A stretch of 63,986 nucleotides of DNA, filler included. It is 5 parts of 5 records of this genome, joined end to end, with 100 filler letters (N's around TTAATTAATTAA, not from the genome) between each part and the next. Parts side by side here need not be neighbours in the genome. Positions count along the whole stretch, not along the records: positions 10,144 to 30,538 come from SRR2962707_3590; positions 30,639 to 44,287 come from SRR2962707_3591; 3 more parts are not named here. The stretch is one strand, 5' to 3'. Below the pieces are notes generated by a model. That model searched no databases and was not told the DNA's origin. It saw only the letters and a program-made list of their open reading frames with translations. The position numbers and the translations under genes are program-made. Of this stretch, positions 29,792 through 38,473 are shown in pieces (within the stretch, counting starts at the first letter, position 1; the number at the start of each line of letters is the position of its first letter).

Positions 29792-30538
29792 ATGAACTCG
29801 CCCGCTCTGCAAAGAAATGACATGGTTCCAGAGATTGCGGCAAAGGCCCTTTGGATCCGTCGACGCAGTTTCCAGATGGTCTATGAAGCCCAGCAGGGCC
29901 ATCCCGGTGGCGACTTTAGTGCCGCCGATATCCTGGCTACGCTCTATTTTGGCGTCATGCGCTATGATCCGCACGCGTCGTCAGATCCCGGACGTGATCG
30001 CTTCGTGATGAGCAAGGGACATTGTACTGGCGCGTTCTACTCGGTCCTGGCAGCTGCCGGCTATTTCCCTGAGGCCGATCTGAAAACCTACATGGAGCCC
30101 CTGTCCAAGCTCAACGGCCATCCTAATCGCAACTACCTTCCAGGCGTCGAGACCAATACGGGGCCACTCGGACATGGCCTGCCAGTCGCAACGGGCATTG
30201 CCATTGCCGGCCAGCTCGACAACGCGGATTTCCGGACATTCGTGCTCACTGGTGACGGCGAGTTACAGGAAGGCAGCAATTGGGAATGTGCCCTGACGGC
30301 GGCCCATCGCAAGCTCGAGAATCTCACACTGATCGTCGATCGCAACCGCCTCCAACAAGGGGCGCGCACCGAGGAAACGGCGACGCTTGATCCTCTGGAC
30401 GAGAAGTGGCGGGCCTTTGGCTGGCATGTCGAGGTGGTCGATGGCCACGATCATGCACAACTTCTCGATGTCCTCTCGGCTTCTCCCAAGGGACGAGGCA
30501 AACCGCTCTGCGTTATTGCCAATACATTCAAGGGCAAA
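29792..30538 (+). CDS. Transketolase N-terminal (ThDP-binding) subunit, 3'-truncated by gap; AptA-like candidate
   Basis: GHPGG, DRFVMSKGH, GHP, TGPLGHG, GDGELQEGSNWE..N ThDP motif, IANTFKG near the gap; resembles the N-subunit of split transketolases. Confidence 0.9.
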
Positions 30539-30638
30539 NNNNNNNNNNNNNNNNNNNNNNNNNNNNNNNNNNNNNNNNNNNNTTAATTAATTAANNNNNN
30601 NNNNNNNNNNNNNNNNNNNNNNNNNNNNNNNNNNNNNN
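30539..30638. other. Artificial contig spacer
   Basis: N run with TTAATTAATTAA linker. Confidence 0.99.
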
Positions 30639-30639
30639 C

Positions 30640-32202
30640 GACATCCACACGCATTACGATGGCCAGGTGACATGGGACGAGCGCATGACGCCGTCCTCGA
30701 TACATGGCGCGACCACCGTCGTCATGGGCAATTGCGGCGTCGGCTTCGCGCCGGTGCGCAAGGCCGATCACGACCGTCTCATCCGCCTCATGGAAGGCGT
30801 CGAGGACATTCCGGGTGCGGCGCTGCATGAAGGCCTCTCGTGGCAATGGGAGAGCTTCGGCGACTATCTCGACAACGTCGAAGCAAAGCGCCGCGACATC
30901 GACGTCGCGATCCAGGTGCCGCATGGCGCGGTCCGCGTCTATGTCATGGGCGAGCGCGGCGCGAAGCGCGAACCGGCGACCGACGCCGAAGTCGCCGAGA
31001 TGCGCGACATCGTGCGCGACGCCATCAAGGCAGGCGCCATCGGTTTCTCCACCTCGCGCACCGTCGCGCACCGCACCTCGGACGGCGACCTCACGCCCAC
31101 CATCGGCGCCGCCGACAAGGAAATGATGGCGATTGCCGAAGGCCTGAAAGAGGCAGGTGCGGGCGTGCTGCAATGGGTCTCGGATTTCCGCGATGTCGAC
31201 CACGAGTTCTCGCTGGTCGAAAAGCTGGTGGAGATTTCAGGCAGGCCGCTCAGCTTCTCGCTCGTGCAGGCGGACGTGATGCCGAACCAGTGGCGCGATC
31301 TTCTCGCCCGCCTCGATGGCGCAGCCGCAAAAGGCCTGCCGATCAAGGCGCAGGTGCAGGGCCGCCCCGTCGGCCTCATGCTCGGCCTTCAGGGCTCGGT
31401 CCACCCGTTTCTGACAAGGCCGTCCTACCGCGCCATCGCCGACAAGCCGCTGGAAGAGCGCGTCGCGATCATGCGCGACCCCGCCTTCCGCGAGAAACTT
31501 CTCTCCGAAGACCTTGAGCCCGGTCACCCCTTCCTGAACTCGCTGGCGGGCGCATATCACAAGATGTTCGAACTCGGCGATCCGCCGAATTACGAACCTT
31601 CGCCCGAAGAAAGCATCGGTGCCCGTGCGAAGCGCGACGGCGTAAAACCGGACGAGATCGTCTACGACATTCTGACGGCGAATGGCGGGCAGAACTTCCT
31701 CTTCTTCCCGCTCCATAACTACTACGACTTCAGCCTCGAAAACGCGCTCACCATGATCCGCAATCCGAACACGCTGTTCGGTTTGTCGGATGGCGGCGCG
31801 CATGTCGGCGTCATTTGCGATGTCTCCGTGCCGACCTACATGCTCACCCATTGGTGCCGCGACCGGACGCGCGGCGAGCATCTCGACCTCCCCTTCGTCG
31901 TGAAGAGCCAGACCCGCGACACGGCGGAAGCCGTCGGCCTGCTCGACCGTGGCCTCATTGCGCCGGGCATGAAGGCGGATGTGAACGTGATCGACTTTGA
32001 GAGGCTCCGCCTCCTGCCGCCCCACATGGTCTACGATCTGCCGTCGGGCGCGCGCCGCCTGATGCAGGAAGCCGAAGGCTATGTCGCCACCATCGTCAGC
32101 GGCGAGGTGATCTACCGCGACGGCAAGGCAACCGGCGCATTGCCCGGCAAGCTCGTGCGCGGGCACAAGCCTTCGCCCGTTTCCCGCGCCGCGGCGGAAT
32201 AG
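30640..32202 (+). CDS. N-acyl-D-amino-acid deacylase family amidohydrolase (5'-truncated)
   Basis: DIHTHYDGQ, HGATTVVMGNCGVGFAP, GLSDGGAH, DRGLIAPGMKADVNVID. Confidence 0.92.
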   Translation, partial: DIHTHYDGQVTWDERMTPSSIHGATTVVMGNCGVGFAPVRKADHDRLIRLMEGVEDIPGAALHEGLSWQWESFGDYLDNVEAKRRDIDVAIQVPHGAVRVYVMGERGAKREPATDAEVAEMRDIVRDAIKAGAIGFSTSRTVAHRTSDGDLTPTIGAADKEMMAIAEGLKEAGAGVLQWVSDFRDVDHEFSLVEKLVEISGRPLSFSLVQADVMPNQWRDLLARLDGAAAKGLPIKAQVQGRPVGLMLGLQGSVHPFLTRPSYRAIADKPLEERVAIMRDPAFREKLLSEDLEPGHPFLNSLAGAYHKMFELGDPPNYEPSPEESIGARAKRDGVKPDEIVYDILTANGGQNFLFFPLHNYYDFSLENALTMIRNPNTLFGLSDGGAHVGVICDVSVPTYMLTHWCRDRTRGEHLDLPFVVKSQTRDTAEAVGLLDRGLIAPGMKADVNVIDFERLRLLPPHMVYDLPSGARRLMQEAEGYVATIVSGEVIYRDGKATGALPGKLVRGHKPSPVSRAAAE

Positions 32203-32214
32203 GGGAGGACGGAC

Positions 32215-33234
32215 ATGACACCGCACATTCTCGAAACCGCCTCGGACTGGCGCGCATCCGACGTCGCTCATGCGGATGACTGGACGCTCCATCTGTCGGA
32301 AAAAGACATCGCCGAACTCGACGCCGCGCTCGCTCACGCCAGGGCGAAGGGCGGCGACCTGCTCGACGTGACGAAGGACGACTTCCCGCTGCCCTCGCTC
32401 CGCGCACGCCTGCGCGAACTCGAAGAAGACCTGATCGACGGTCGAGGCTTCTGCCTCATTCGCGGCCTGCCCGTCGAGCGGTACTCCGACGATGACGCTT
32501 CGCTGATCTATTGGGGCATCGGCATGCATCTGGGCCGTCCCTGGCCGCAGAACAAGCACGGCCATCTTCTTGGCGATGTGACGGATCAGGGAAAGTCCGG
32601 CGCGGACCCGACCTCGCGTGGCAATGAGATCGGCGGCGTCGCCTTCCCGTACCATTCCGACGGCTCGGACCTTGTCGGCCTGATGTGTCTCCGCAAGGCG
32701 AAATCGGGCGGCGTGTCCACGGTCGCAAACGCGGTCGCCATCCACAACGAACTCGTGCGCACCCGGCCCGATCTCGCCGCGCTGCTCTACGAGCCGCAAC
32801 CCTATGATTATCGCGGCGAAGAGCCGAAAGACGGCCAGCCCTTCTATTTCGTGCCCGTTTTCACGGAGCATGCGGGCCGTCTCTTCGTCCGCTACATCCG
32901 GCCCTACATCGAGTCGAGCCAGCGCCACGCCGAAGCGCCGCGCCTTTCGCCTGAAGCGCGCGAGGCATTCGACCTTGTCGATGCAATGTGCGCCGATCCC
33001 GCCTTCAACGTCTTCATGGATCTGGAGCCCGGCGACATGCAGTTCGTGAACAATTATCACGTCCTCCATGCCCGCACGGCCTACGAGGATTGGCCGGAGC
33101 GCGCCCGCAAGCGGCATCTGAAAAGATTGTGGCTGGAGACGTCGCGGCTCGAAGACCGGCCGGACCGGTTCCGCAATGTCTCGACCCATTGGGCGGCAAA
33201 GCGGACAAAGAGTGAATTGAAGCTGGACGCCTAA
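32215..33234 (+). CDS. TauD/TfdA family Fe(II)/2-oxoglutarate dioxygenase
   Basis: YHSD (HxD), GDMQFVNNYHVLHART, RHLKRLW; GGAGG RBS. Confidence 0.92.
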   Translation: MTPHILETASDWRASDVAHADDWTLHLSEKDIAELDAALAHARAKGGDLLDVTKDDFPLPSLRARLRELEEDLIDGRGFCLIRGLPVERYSDDDASLIYWGIGMHLGRPWPQNKHGHLLGDVTDQGKSGADPTSRGNEIGGVAFPYHSDGSDLVGLMCLRKAKSGGVSTVANAVAIHNELVRTRPDLAALLYEPQPYDYRGEEPKDGQPFYFVPVFTEHAGRLFVRYIRPYIESSQRHAEAPRLSPEAREAFDLVDAMCADPAFNVFMDLEPGDMQFVNNYHVLHARTAYEDWPERARKRHLKRLWLETSRLEDRPDRFRNVSTHWAAKRTKSELKLDA

Positions 33235-34118
33235 CCGGCGGTGACGAGGCGTCCTGCGGGCAGGGCGGCGGCCCCGGCGGTCATCCGGCGCGCCATCTCG
33301 GCGGCTTCCTTCTCGAAGAAGAAAAGGCTCCGTTCCGCTATGCGTTCCCAGCCCGGTTCCGCGGGCAGCCAGTGCGCGTGACCATCCAGCGCTTCCAGCT
33401 TCAGCCGTCCGTCATAAGGTTCCGTCATTCGCTCCGCGAGCCGGAGCGGCGTCAGCTTGTCGTTTTTCCCGTTCACGAAAAGCAGGGGGCAGGCGACAGC
33501 CTCGGGATTGATCCAGGTCGTCCGTTGTCTGTCGAGAAACCAGAACGCGATCTCGCAGACGGCGCGCCCGGACTCGGGAACGAGCTGCGCATAGAATTCT
33601 TCCCTTTCGCTCACGGGAATGCCGTTCAGCACGCCATAGCGCATCGCGTCGAAGGACGGCAATTGCGGCAATTGCCAGAAGCGGTGCCGGCTCAATTCGC
33701 GGCGGAACACCCAGAAGGGCCGCAGGTCCGTCATGAAGGCACCGGCACTTTGTGCGGGCGCGAGCCCCACCACCGCGCGCGCAAGCCCGCGCGCCGCGAG
33801 GAGATGCGCAATCAGCCCGCCCATCGAATGTCCGATGAGGAACGGCCGTTCCTCCATCTTCCCGATCATCTCCGCGATGTCGGACACATAGTCGCCGATG
33901 CTGGTCCCCCCAAGTTCGGGATGGACCTCGCTTCCCGGCGCATCGTGATGGCGAAGTGCCGGCGCGACGACGCGGTAGCCCTGTGCTTCGAAGAAGGTCT
34001 TGAAATTCGTCCAGATGCCCGGATGGCTCCACATGCCGTGAATGAGCATGACGACGGGCTTGCCGCGGCCCTCATGGGCCGGATGTGAACGATCCGTCTG
34101 GCCGAACTCAACATGCAT
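33231..34118 (-). CDS. Alpha/beta fold hydrolase
   Basis: LIHGMW, GHSMGG nucleophile elbow, GKNDKLTP, HAHW. Confidence 0.9.
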   Translation of the reverse strand: MHVEFGQTDRSHPAHEGRGKPVVMLIHGMWSHPGIWTNFKTFFEAQGYRVVAPALRHHDAPGSEVHPELGGTSIGDYVSDIAEMIGKMEERPFLIGHSMGGLIAHLLAARGLARAVVGLAPAQSAGAFMTDLRPFWVFRRELSRHRFWQLPQLPSFDAMRYGVLNGIPVSEREEFYAQLVPESGRAVCEIAFWFLDRQRTTWINPEAVACPLLFVNGKNDKLTPLRLAERMTEPYDGRLKLEALDGHAHWLPAEPGWERIAERSLFFFEKEAAEMARRMTAGAAALPAGRLVTAG

Positions 34119-34344
34119 CTGACAAAGGGTCCCGCATCTGGATATGCGTCGCCCGGCGTCTCGCGCCGGCCGCACCTGCGAGAGCGAGTTAACGCCGCAA
34201 GACGTTACGAAATCGCAAATAGGACGATGGCGGAACGTGGGTCCGGCGTTGAGGTCGGCTCTTGAATCGCATCGTTAATCGCGCCACTCTCCCTCGTCGG
34301 CGCACGGATGCGTCCGGGAACGAAACACATCGAGGCATTCGATC

Positions 34345-34902
34345 ATGAGCGATACTCGCAGGAAGCGTGGAGCAGGCCGCAAGCCGGCATCGCGGACCAA
34401 AACGGCGTCGAGGCGCGCCGGCACGGTTCCGGCGGCCGCAACCGCCACAACGGACCAGGTTGCAAAACCGAAGAAGAAAGCAGCGCCGAAAAAGGCAGCT
34501 GTAAAGAAGGCAGTTGCGAAGAAGCCGGCTGTAAAGAAGGCAGCGGTGAAAAAGGCCGCCCCGAAGAAGGCGGCGGTGAAGAAGTCTGCCGCCAGAAAGA
34601 AGACCGCGAAGCTGTCGCCTGAAAAGACAAAGCTGAAGAAGCAGCTTGAAAAGCAGGTTGCCCAGCTTTCGAAAGAGGTCGACAAGGCCGAAAAGGACGC
34701 GAAAAGGGCGCTGAAGGATACCGAGAAGCGCTACATGGTCGTGCTGAAGCAGTTGAAGGCGGACAGGGCCCGGCTGCGCGCGCGGGTGACGGAGCTCACC
34801 AAGCAGGGCGAAGGCGCGTTCGACGAGATCAAGCATGGCGTCGAAGGAGCCTACAAGGAACTCTCCGACGCGGTCTCGCGGGCCTACGGCCACTTCAAGT
34901 AA
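34345..34902 (+). CDS. Histone H1-like Lys/Ala-rich protein with C-terminal coiled coil
   Basis: About eight KKAA(P/V)-type pentapeptide units, then a heptad-rich helix ending AFDEIKHGVEGAYKELSDAVSRAYGHFK. Confidence 0.75.
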   Translation: MSDTRRKRGAGRKPASRTKTASRRAGTVPAAATATTDQVAKPKKKAAPKKAAVKKAVAKKPAVKKAAVKKAAPKKAAVKKSAARKKTAKLSPEKTKLKKQLEKQVAQLSKEVDKAEKDAKRALKDTEKRYMVVLKQLKADRARLRARVTELTKQGEGAFDEIKHGVEGAYKELSDAVSRAYGHFK

Positions 34903-35042
34903 GCGCGCTGCCGCAAAACGGTCGGCAAAACGGGATGAAGGCGCGAAGCAATTCGCGCCTTTTCCTTTTATGGGCGGTCTTGCGCGCGCGCCCCGCCTGG
35001 GGCTTACTCCGCCTCAAAGAATTCATGAACTGGAGGGCTCCC

Positions 35043-35981
35043 ATGAACCGCGTACTCGCCCACACGGGCGCGAAATATCCGATCGTCCAGGCGCCGATGG
35101 GCTGGATCGCAAGATCGCAACTTGCCTCCGCCGTCTGCAAGGCGGGTGGCCTCGGCATCATCGAAACCTCGTCCGGCGAGACCGAAGCCTGCAAGGCCGA
35201 AATCCTGAAGATGCGCGAACTGACCGACGCGCCCTTCGGCGTCAACTTGCCGATCCGCTTCCTGAAAGACGACGCCATGCTCCGCTTCGTCTGCGAGGCG
35301 GGCGTGAAATTCGTGACGACGTCTGCGGGCAGCCCGGCAAAATTCATCGCCCCGCTCCATGACGCAGGCATCACCGTCTATCACGCGGTCCCGACGGTCG
35401 ACACCGCGATGAAATGCGTCGACGCGGGCATCGACGGTCTCGTCGTCGAAGGCACCGAGGGCGGCGGCTTCAAGAACCCCGAAGAAGTCGGCACACTGGT
35501 GCTGCTGCAGGCGATCCGCGCGAAGTCCGATATCCCGATGATCGCCGCAGGCGGCATCTGCGACGGCAAGGGCATGGCCGCCGCCTTCGCGCTCGGCGCC
35601 GAAGCCGTGCAGATGGGCACGCGCTTCGTGAGCTGCGCCGAAAGCCCGGTGCATGCGAACTACAAGCAGGCGATTGTCGACGCGAAGGAAACCGGCACCT
35701 ACATCCTCAACAAGAAGTCGACGCCCTGCATCCGCGCCCTGAAGACGGAACGCACCGCCGCGATCCACGAGGAAGGCCTGATGCCGCCCGATACCTTCGC
35801 GCGCATCCTCGACCTCTATTTCGGTGGCGACATGGAAGCAGCCGTCGGCCTTGCCGGTGAAACGGCAGGCCTCATCACGGAAGTGAAGACGGCGAAGGAA
35901 ATCATCGACGGCACCATCGCCGAGTTCTTCGAGATCACGTCCCGCATGGGTTCGCTGTCGGCGGCAAAAAACTTCGGCTGA
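35043..35981 (+). CDS. Nitronate monooxygenase/FabK-like flavin oxidoreductase
   Basis: YPIVQAPMG, AGGLGII, PFGVN, EGTEGGG, IAAGGICDG, VQMGTRF; GGAGGG RBS. Confidence 0.92.
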   Translation: MNRVLAHTGAKYPIVQAPMGWIARSQLASAVCKAGGLGIIETSSGETEACKAEILKMRELTDAPFGVNLPIRFLKDDAMLRFVCEAGVKFVTTSAGSPAKFIAPLHDAGITVYHAVPTVDTAMKCVDAGIDGLVVEGTEGGGFKNPEEVGTLVLLQAIRAKSDIPMIAAGGICDGKGMAAAFALGAEAVQMGTRFVSCAESPVHANYKQAIVDAKETGTYILNKKSTPCIRALKTERTAAIHEEGLMPPDTFARILDLYFGGDMEAAVGLAGETAGLITEVKTAKEIIDGTIAEFFEITSRMGSLSAAKNFG

Positions 35982-35992
35982 CGCTCAAGACC

Positions 35993-36514
35993 TCAATGCA
36001 GCATCCGCGGCATCGCATCGGGAAAAGCCGATGCGCTCTGCGCCGCCGTGCCGAGCACCAGCCCTGAGGCGGAAAGTGCAAGCGCGATCCGCTGCGCGGG
36101 CGCCCAGATCGGCGAGGCGCCGCAGGGCGCCGCCGCCCATGCCGGGTCCAGCGCCGCACGGGGGGAGGAGCCCTGCTTCTGCAGCGCCGACACGAAGTTC
36201 AGCACGCGGACTTCATCGCTAGTGAGAACCCGCCAGCGCGGGCAGGGGATGGAAAGCGGCCGCTGCACCGCACGGGAAAGCGCACCCGCGAGCTCCGCCA
36301 CCATCGCCGCCCCGTCCGGCATTTCCAGCGCATCGAAGGCGCGCTGGAGCAGCACGGATTTCTCCGCGCCCTCGTCGCTGACGCGCCACTGCACCCGGAG
36401 GCTCCAGACCAGAAACTGCTCCGCGAAGCCCAGCTCGGCCAGCGGCTGGTCGGGCGCGTAGGCGCGGGCGTTCGGCGACGAAAAAATATCGAATGTGGCC
36501 TCGGCGGATTTCAT
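35993..36514 (-). CDS. Hypothetical protein
   Basis: AGGAG RBS before ATG 36514; EQFLVWSLR and CPRWRVLTSDE segments; ends MLH; fills the gap between flanking genes. Confidence 0.65.
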   Translation of the reverse strand: MKSAEATFDIFSSPNARAYAPDQPLAELGFAEQFLVWSLRVQWRVSDEGAEKSVLLQRAFDALEMPDGAAMVAELAGALSRAVQRPLSIPCPRWRVLTSDEVRVLNFVSALQKQGSSPRAALDPAWAAAPCGASPIWAPAQRIALALSASGLVLGTAAQSASAFPDAMPRMLH

Positions 36515-36558
36515 GACGTCTCCTGGATCGGCGGGGGTACGGGAGATGTCGAGCATGC

Positions 36559-36580
36559 TGCAAATGAGAATGACTCGCAA
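36559..36580 (-). promoter_or_regulatory. Fur-box-like iron regulatory site
   Basis: Minus strand TTGCGAGTCATTCTCATTTGCA, close to proteobacterial Fur-box variants, about 45 nt upstream of the 36514 start. Confidence 0.65.
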
Positions 36581-36666
36581 ATAAAAAATGCAGACAAGCC
36601 CCGCGCGCCGCCCGTCACACCCTTGTTATGGAAACGTCACTTTCCCGCAGGAATCCTAGGTTTTTG

Positions 36667-36696
36667 TTGACAGCACCGGACCCCGCCTTTAAACAC
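36667..36696 (+). promoter_or_regulatory. Sigma70-type promoter for the speD-speE leader
   Basis: TTGACA at 36667-36672 and TAAACA 17 nt downstream. Confidence 0.6.
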
Positions 36697-36699
36697 GCC

Positions 36700-37079
36700 C
36701 CGAACGCAATCGCACGTGCCACTGGCCAGACAGGTTATGTAACGGCGTACGCGTCTCTTTGGACAATTTCGGCGGCATGCCTTTGTGAAAGGCATTGAGA
36801 GTTACCTCCGCCGGGTTTCGAGGGAGATTGCATATGTCCGGTTCCAGTCTGAGGGGCTGACGCCCCGGATCAAGCCGAGCACGTCCGTTGCACTTCTCTG
36901 CAATCGATGACGAGCAAGCCGGGCGCGCGACCGCCGTCCAGCATCGGCAAACCGTCAAGGGTTCGGCAACGAGCCCGCCCGCGTTCATCCACGCATGACA
37001 TATCCATTGGCCCCCGCGCGAGCGCTAGAGCTCTCGTTCGGTTGGTCTGGTCCATCTACTGGTTGGGGAGAGGCACTTA
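36700..37079 (+). ncRNA. Long structured 5' leader of speD (speF-leader-like cis-regulatory RNA candidate) containing an 8-codon uORF
   Basis: About 380 nt without a long ORF of its own; hairpins ATGCCTTT-GTG-AAAGGCAT inside CGGCGG/CCGCCG and GGGGC-TGAC-GCCCC; uORF 36834-36860 with GGGAG SD; stem covering the speD SD. Confidence 0.55.
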
Positions 37080-37592
37080 ATGTCCGAATCCAATGCCCTC
37101 TTCCAATTGGGGATCGACTTGAACAGCGATTCAAGCAAGACCCAGGCGGAAGTACTCGAGTTTCCCGTTCACGCAGCCCAGTCGGCGGCGGAGCGATGCA
37201 CTACGTCCGACGAACGCACCGACTTCTTCATCGAGCGCGATGGAAAGCGGTTCGCCGGCACGCATCTCATCATCGACCTGATCGGCGCGAGCCGTCTGGA
37301 CGATCTCGCGCATATCGAAGCGACGCTCCGGCGCTGCGTCGAGGTGTCGAAGGCGACGCTGCTGCACATCCACCTCCATCACTTCACGCCGAATGGCGGC
37401 GTGTCGGGCGTGGCCGTGCTGTCGGAGAGCCACATCTCGATCCATAGCTGGCCGGAAGCCGACTATGCCGCGCTCGACGTCTTCATGTGCGGCGAGGCCG
37501 AGCCCCACAACGCCATCGAAGTGCTGCGCGAGGCCTTCAAGCCCTCCGACATTCGCGTCGGCGAGCATCTTCGCGGCGAGGACATGGTCTGA
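37080..37592 (+). CDS. speD: S-adenosylmethionine decarboxylase proenzyme
   Basis: GTHLIIDL, HHFTPNGGVSGVAVLSESHISIHSWPE (E-S self-cleavage site), ALDVFMCG. Confidence 0.96.
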   Translation: MSESNALFQLGIDLNSDSSKTQAEVLEFPVHAAQSAAERCTTSDERTDFFIERDGKRFAGTHLIIDLIGASRLDDLAHIEATLRRCVEVSKATLLHIHLHHFTPNGGVSGVAVLSESHISIHSWPEADYAALDVFMCGEAEPHNAIEVLREAFKPSDIRVGEHLRGEDMV

Positions 37593-38464
37593 TGAGTGGT
37601 GGAGCGAACGGACGCTGGGTGGTCGAAACCCTCTATGAAAAAGAGGGTTTCACCTGCGCCTTTCGCGCCGACAAGGTGCTCTACGAAGAAGAGACGGGCC
37701 AGCAGCATCTCGTAATCTTCGAGAACGAGCTGTTCGGCCGGATGATGGCGCTCGACGGCATCACGCAGGTCACCGAGCGCGACGAATTCATCTATCATGA
37801 GATGATGACCCATGTGCCGATCTTGGCGCATGGGGCGGCGAAGCGCGTCCTCATCATCGGCGGTGGCGATGGCGGCATCCTGCGTGAGGTGATCCGCCAC
37901 AAGAGCGTCGAGCATGTCACCATGGTCGAGATCGATCCGGCCGTGACGGATTTCTGCAAGAAGCAACTGCCGCAGATTTCCGCCGGCGCCTTCGACGATC
38001 CGCGCCTGAACCTTGTCTTCGCTGACGGCGCGAAATTCGTTGAGGAAACGAGCGACAGCTACGACGTCATCATCGTGGATTCAACCGACCCCATCGGCCC
38101 CGGCGAAGTCCTCTTCCGCGAAGAGTTCTACCGCGCGGCCCATGCGCGTCTCATGCCCGGCGGCGTCATCGTCACGCAGAACGGTGTTCCCTTCATGCAG
38201 GGCGACGAACTCCAGAGCACGATGGAAAAGTTCCGCCGTCTCTTCAAGGTGGCTTCCTGCTACCTCGCCACCATCCCCACCTATGTCGGCGGACCGATGG
38301 CGATGGGCTGGGGAACGGACGACGAGACGCTGAAATCCGTGCCGCTCGATGAACTCGAGAAGCGCTACGCCGCTGCGGGCCTCACGACGCGTTATTACAC
38401 GCCGGAAGTCCACAAGGCCGCCTTCGCGCTGCCGCGCTACGTCGAGACTTACGTCCGCGCCTGA
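37592..38464 (+). CDS. speE: Spermidine synthase (polyamine aminopropyltransferase)
   Basis: LDGITQVTERDEFIYHEM, VLIIGGGDGG, MVEID, DVIIVDSTDP; TGATG overlap with speD. Confidence 0.96.
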   Translation: MSGGANGRWVVETLYEKEGFTCAFRADKVLYEEETGQQHLVIFENELFGRMMALDGITQVTERDEFIYHEMMTHVPILAHGAAKRVLIIGGGDGGILREVIRHKSVEHVTMVEIDPAVTDFCKKQLPQISAGAFDDPRLNLVFADGAKFVEETSDSYDVIIVDSTDPIGPGEVLFREEFYRAAHARLMPGGVIVTQNGVPFMQGDELQSTMEKFRRLFKVASCYLATIPTYVGGPMAMGWGTDDETLKSVPLDELEKRYAAAGLTTRYYTPEVHKAAFALPRYVETYVRA

Positions 38465-38473
38465 CCTGAAAAT

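Noticed and set aside
31237-33189. 650-aa minus-strand ORF
   Set aside because: Antisense to the amidohydrolase and TauD genes; typical high-GC shadow frame with no motifs
34470-34600. 15-bp periodic AAGAAGGC repeats as a non-coding array
   Set aside because: Explained by the KKAA pentapeptide coding repeats; no spacers
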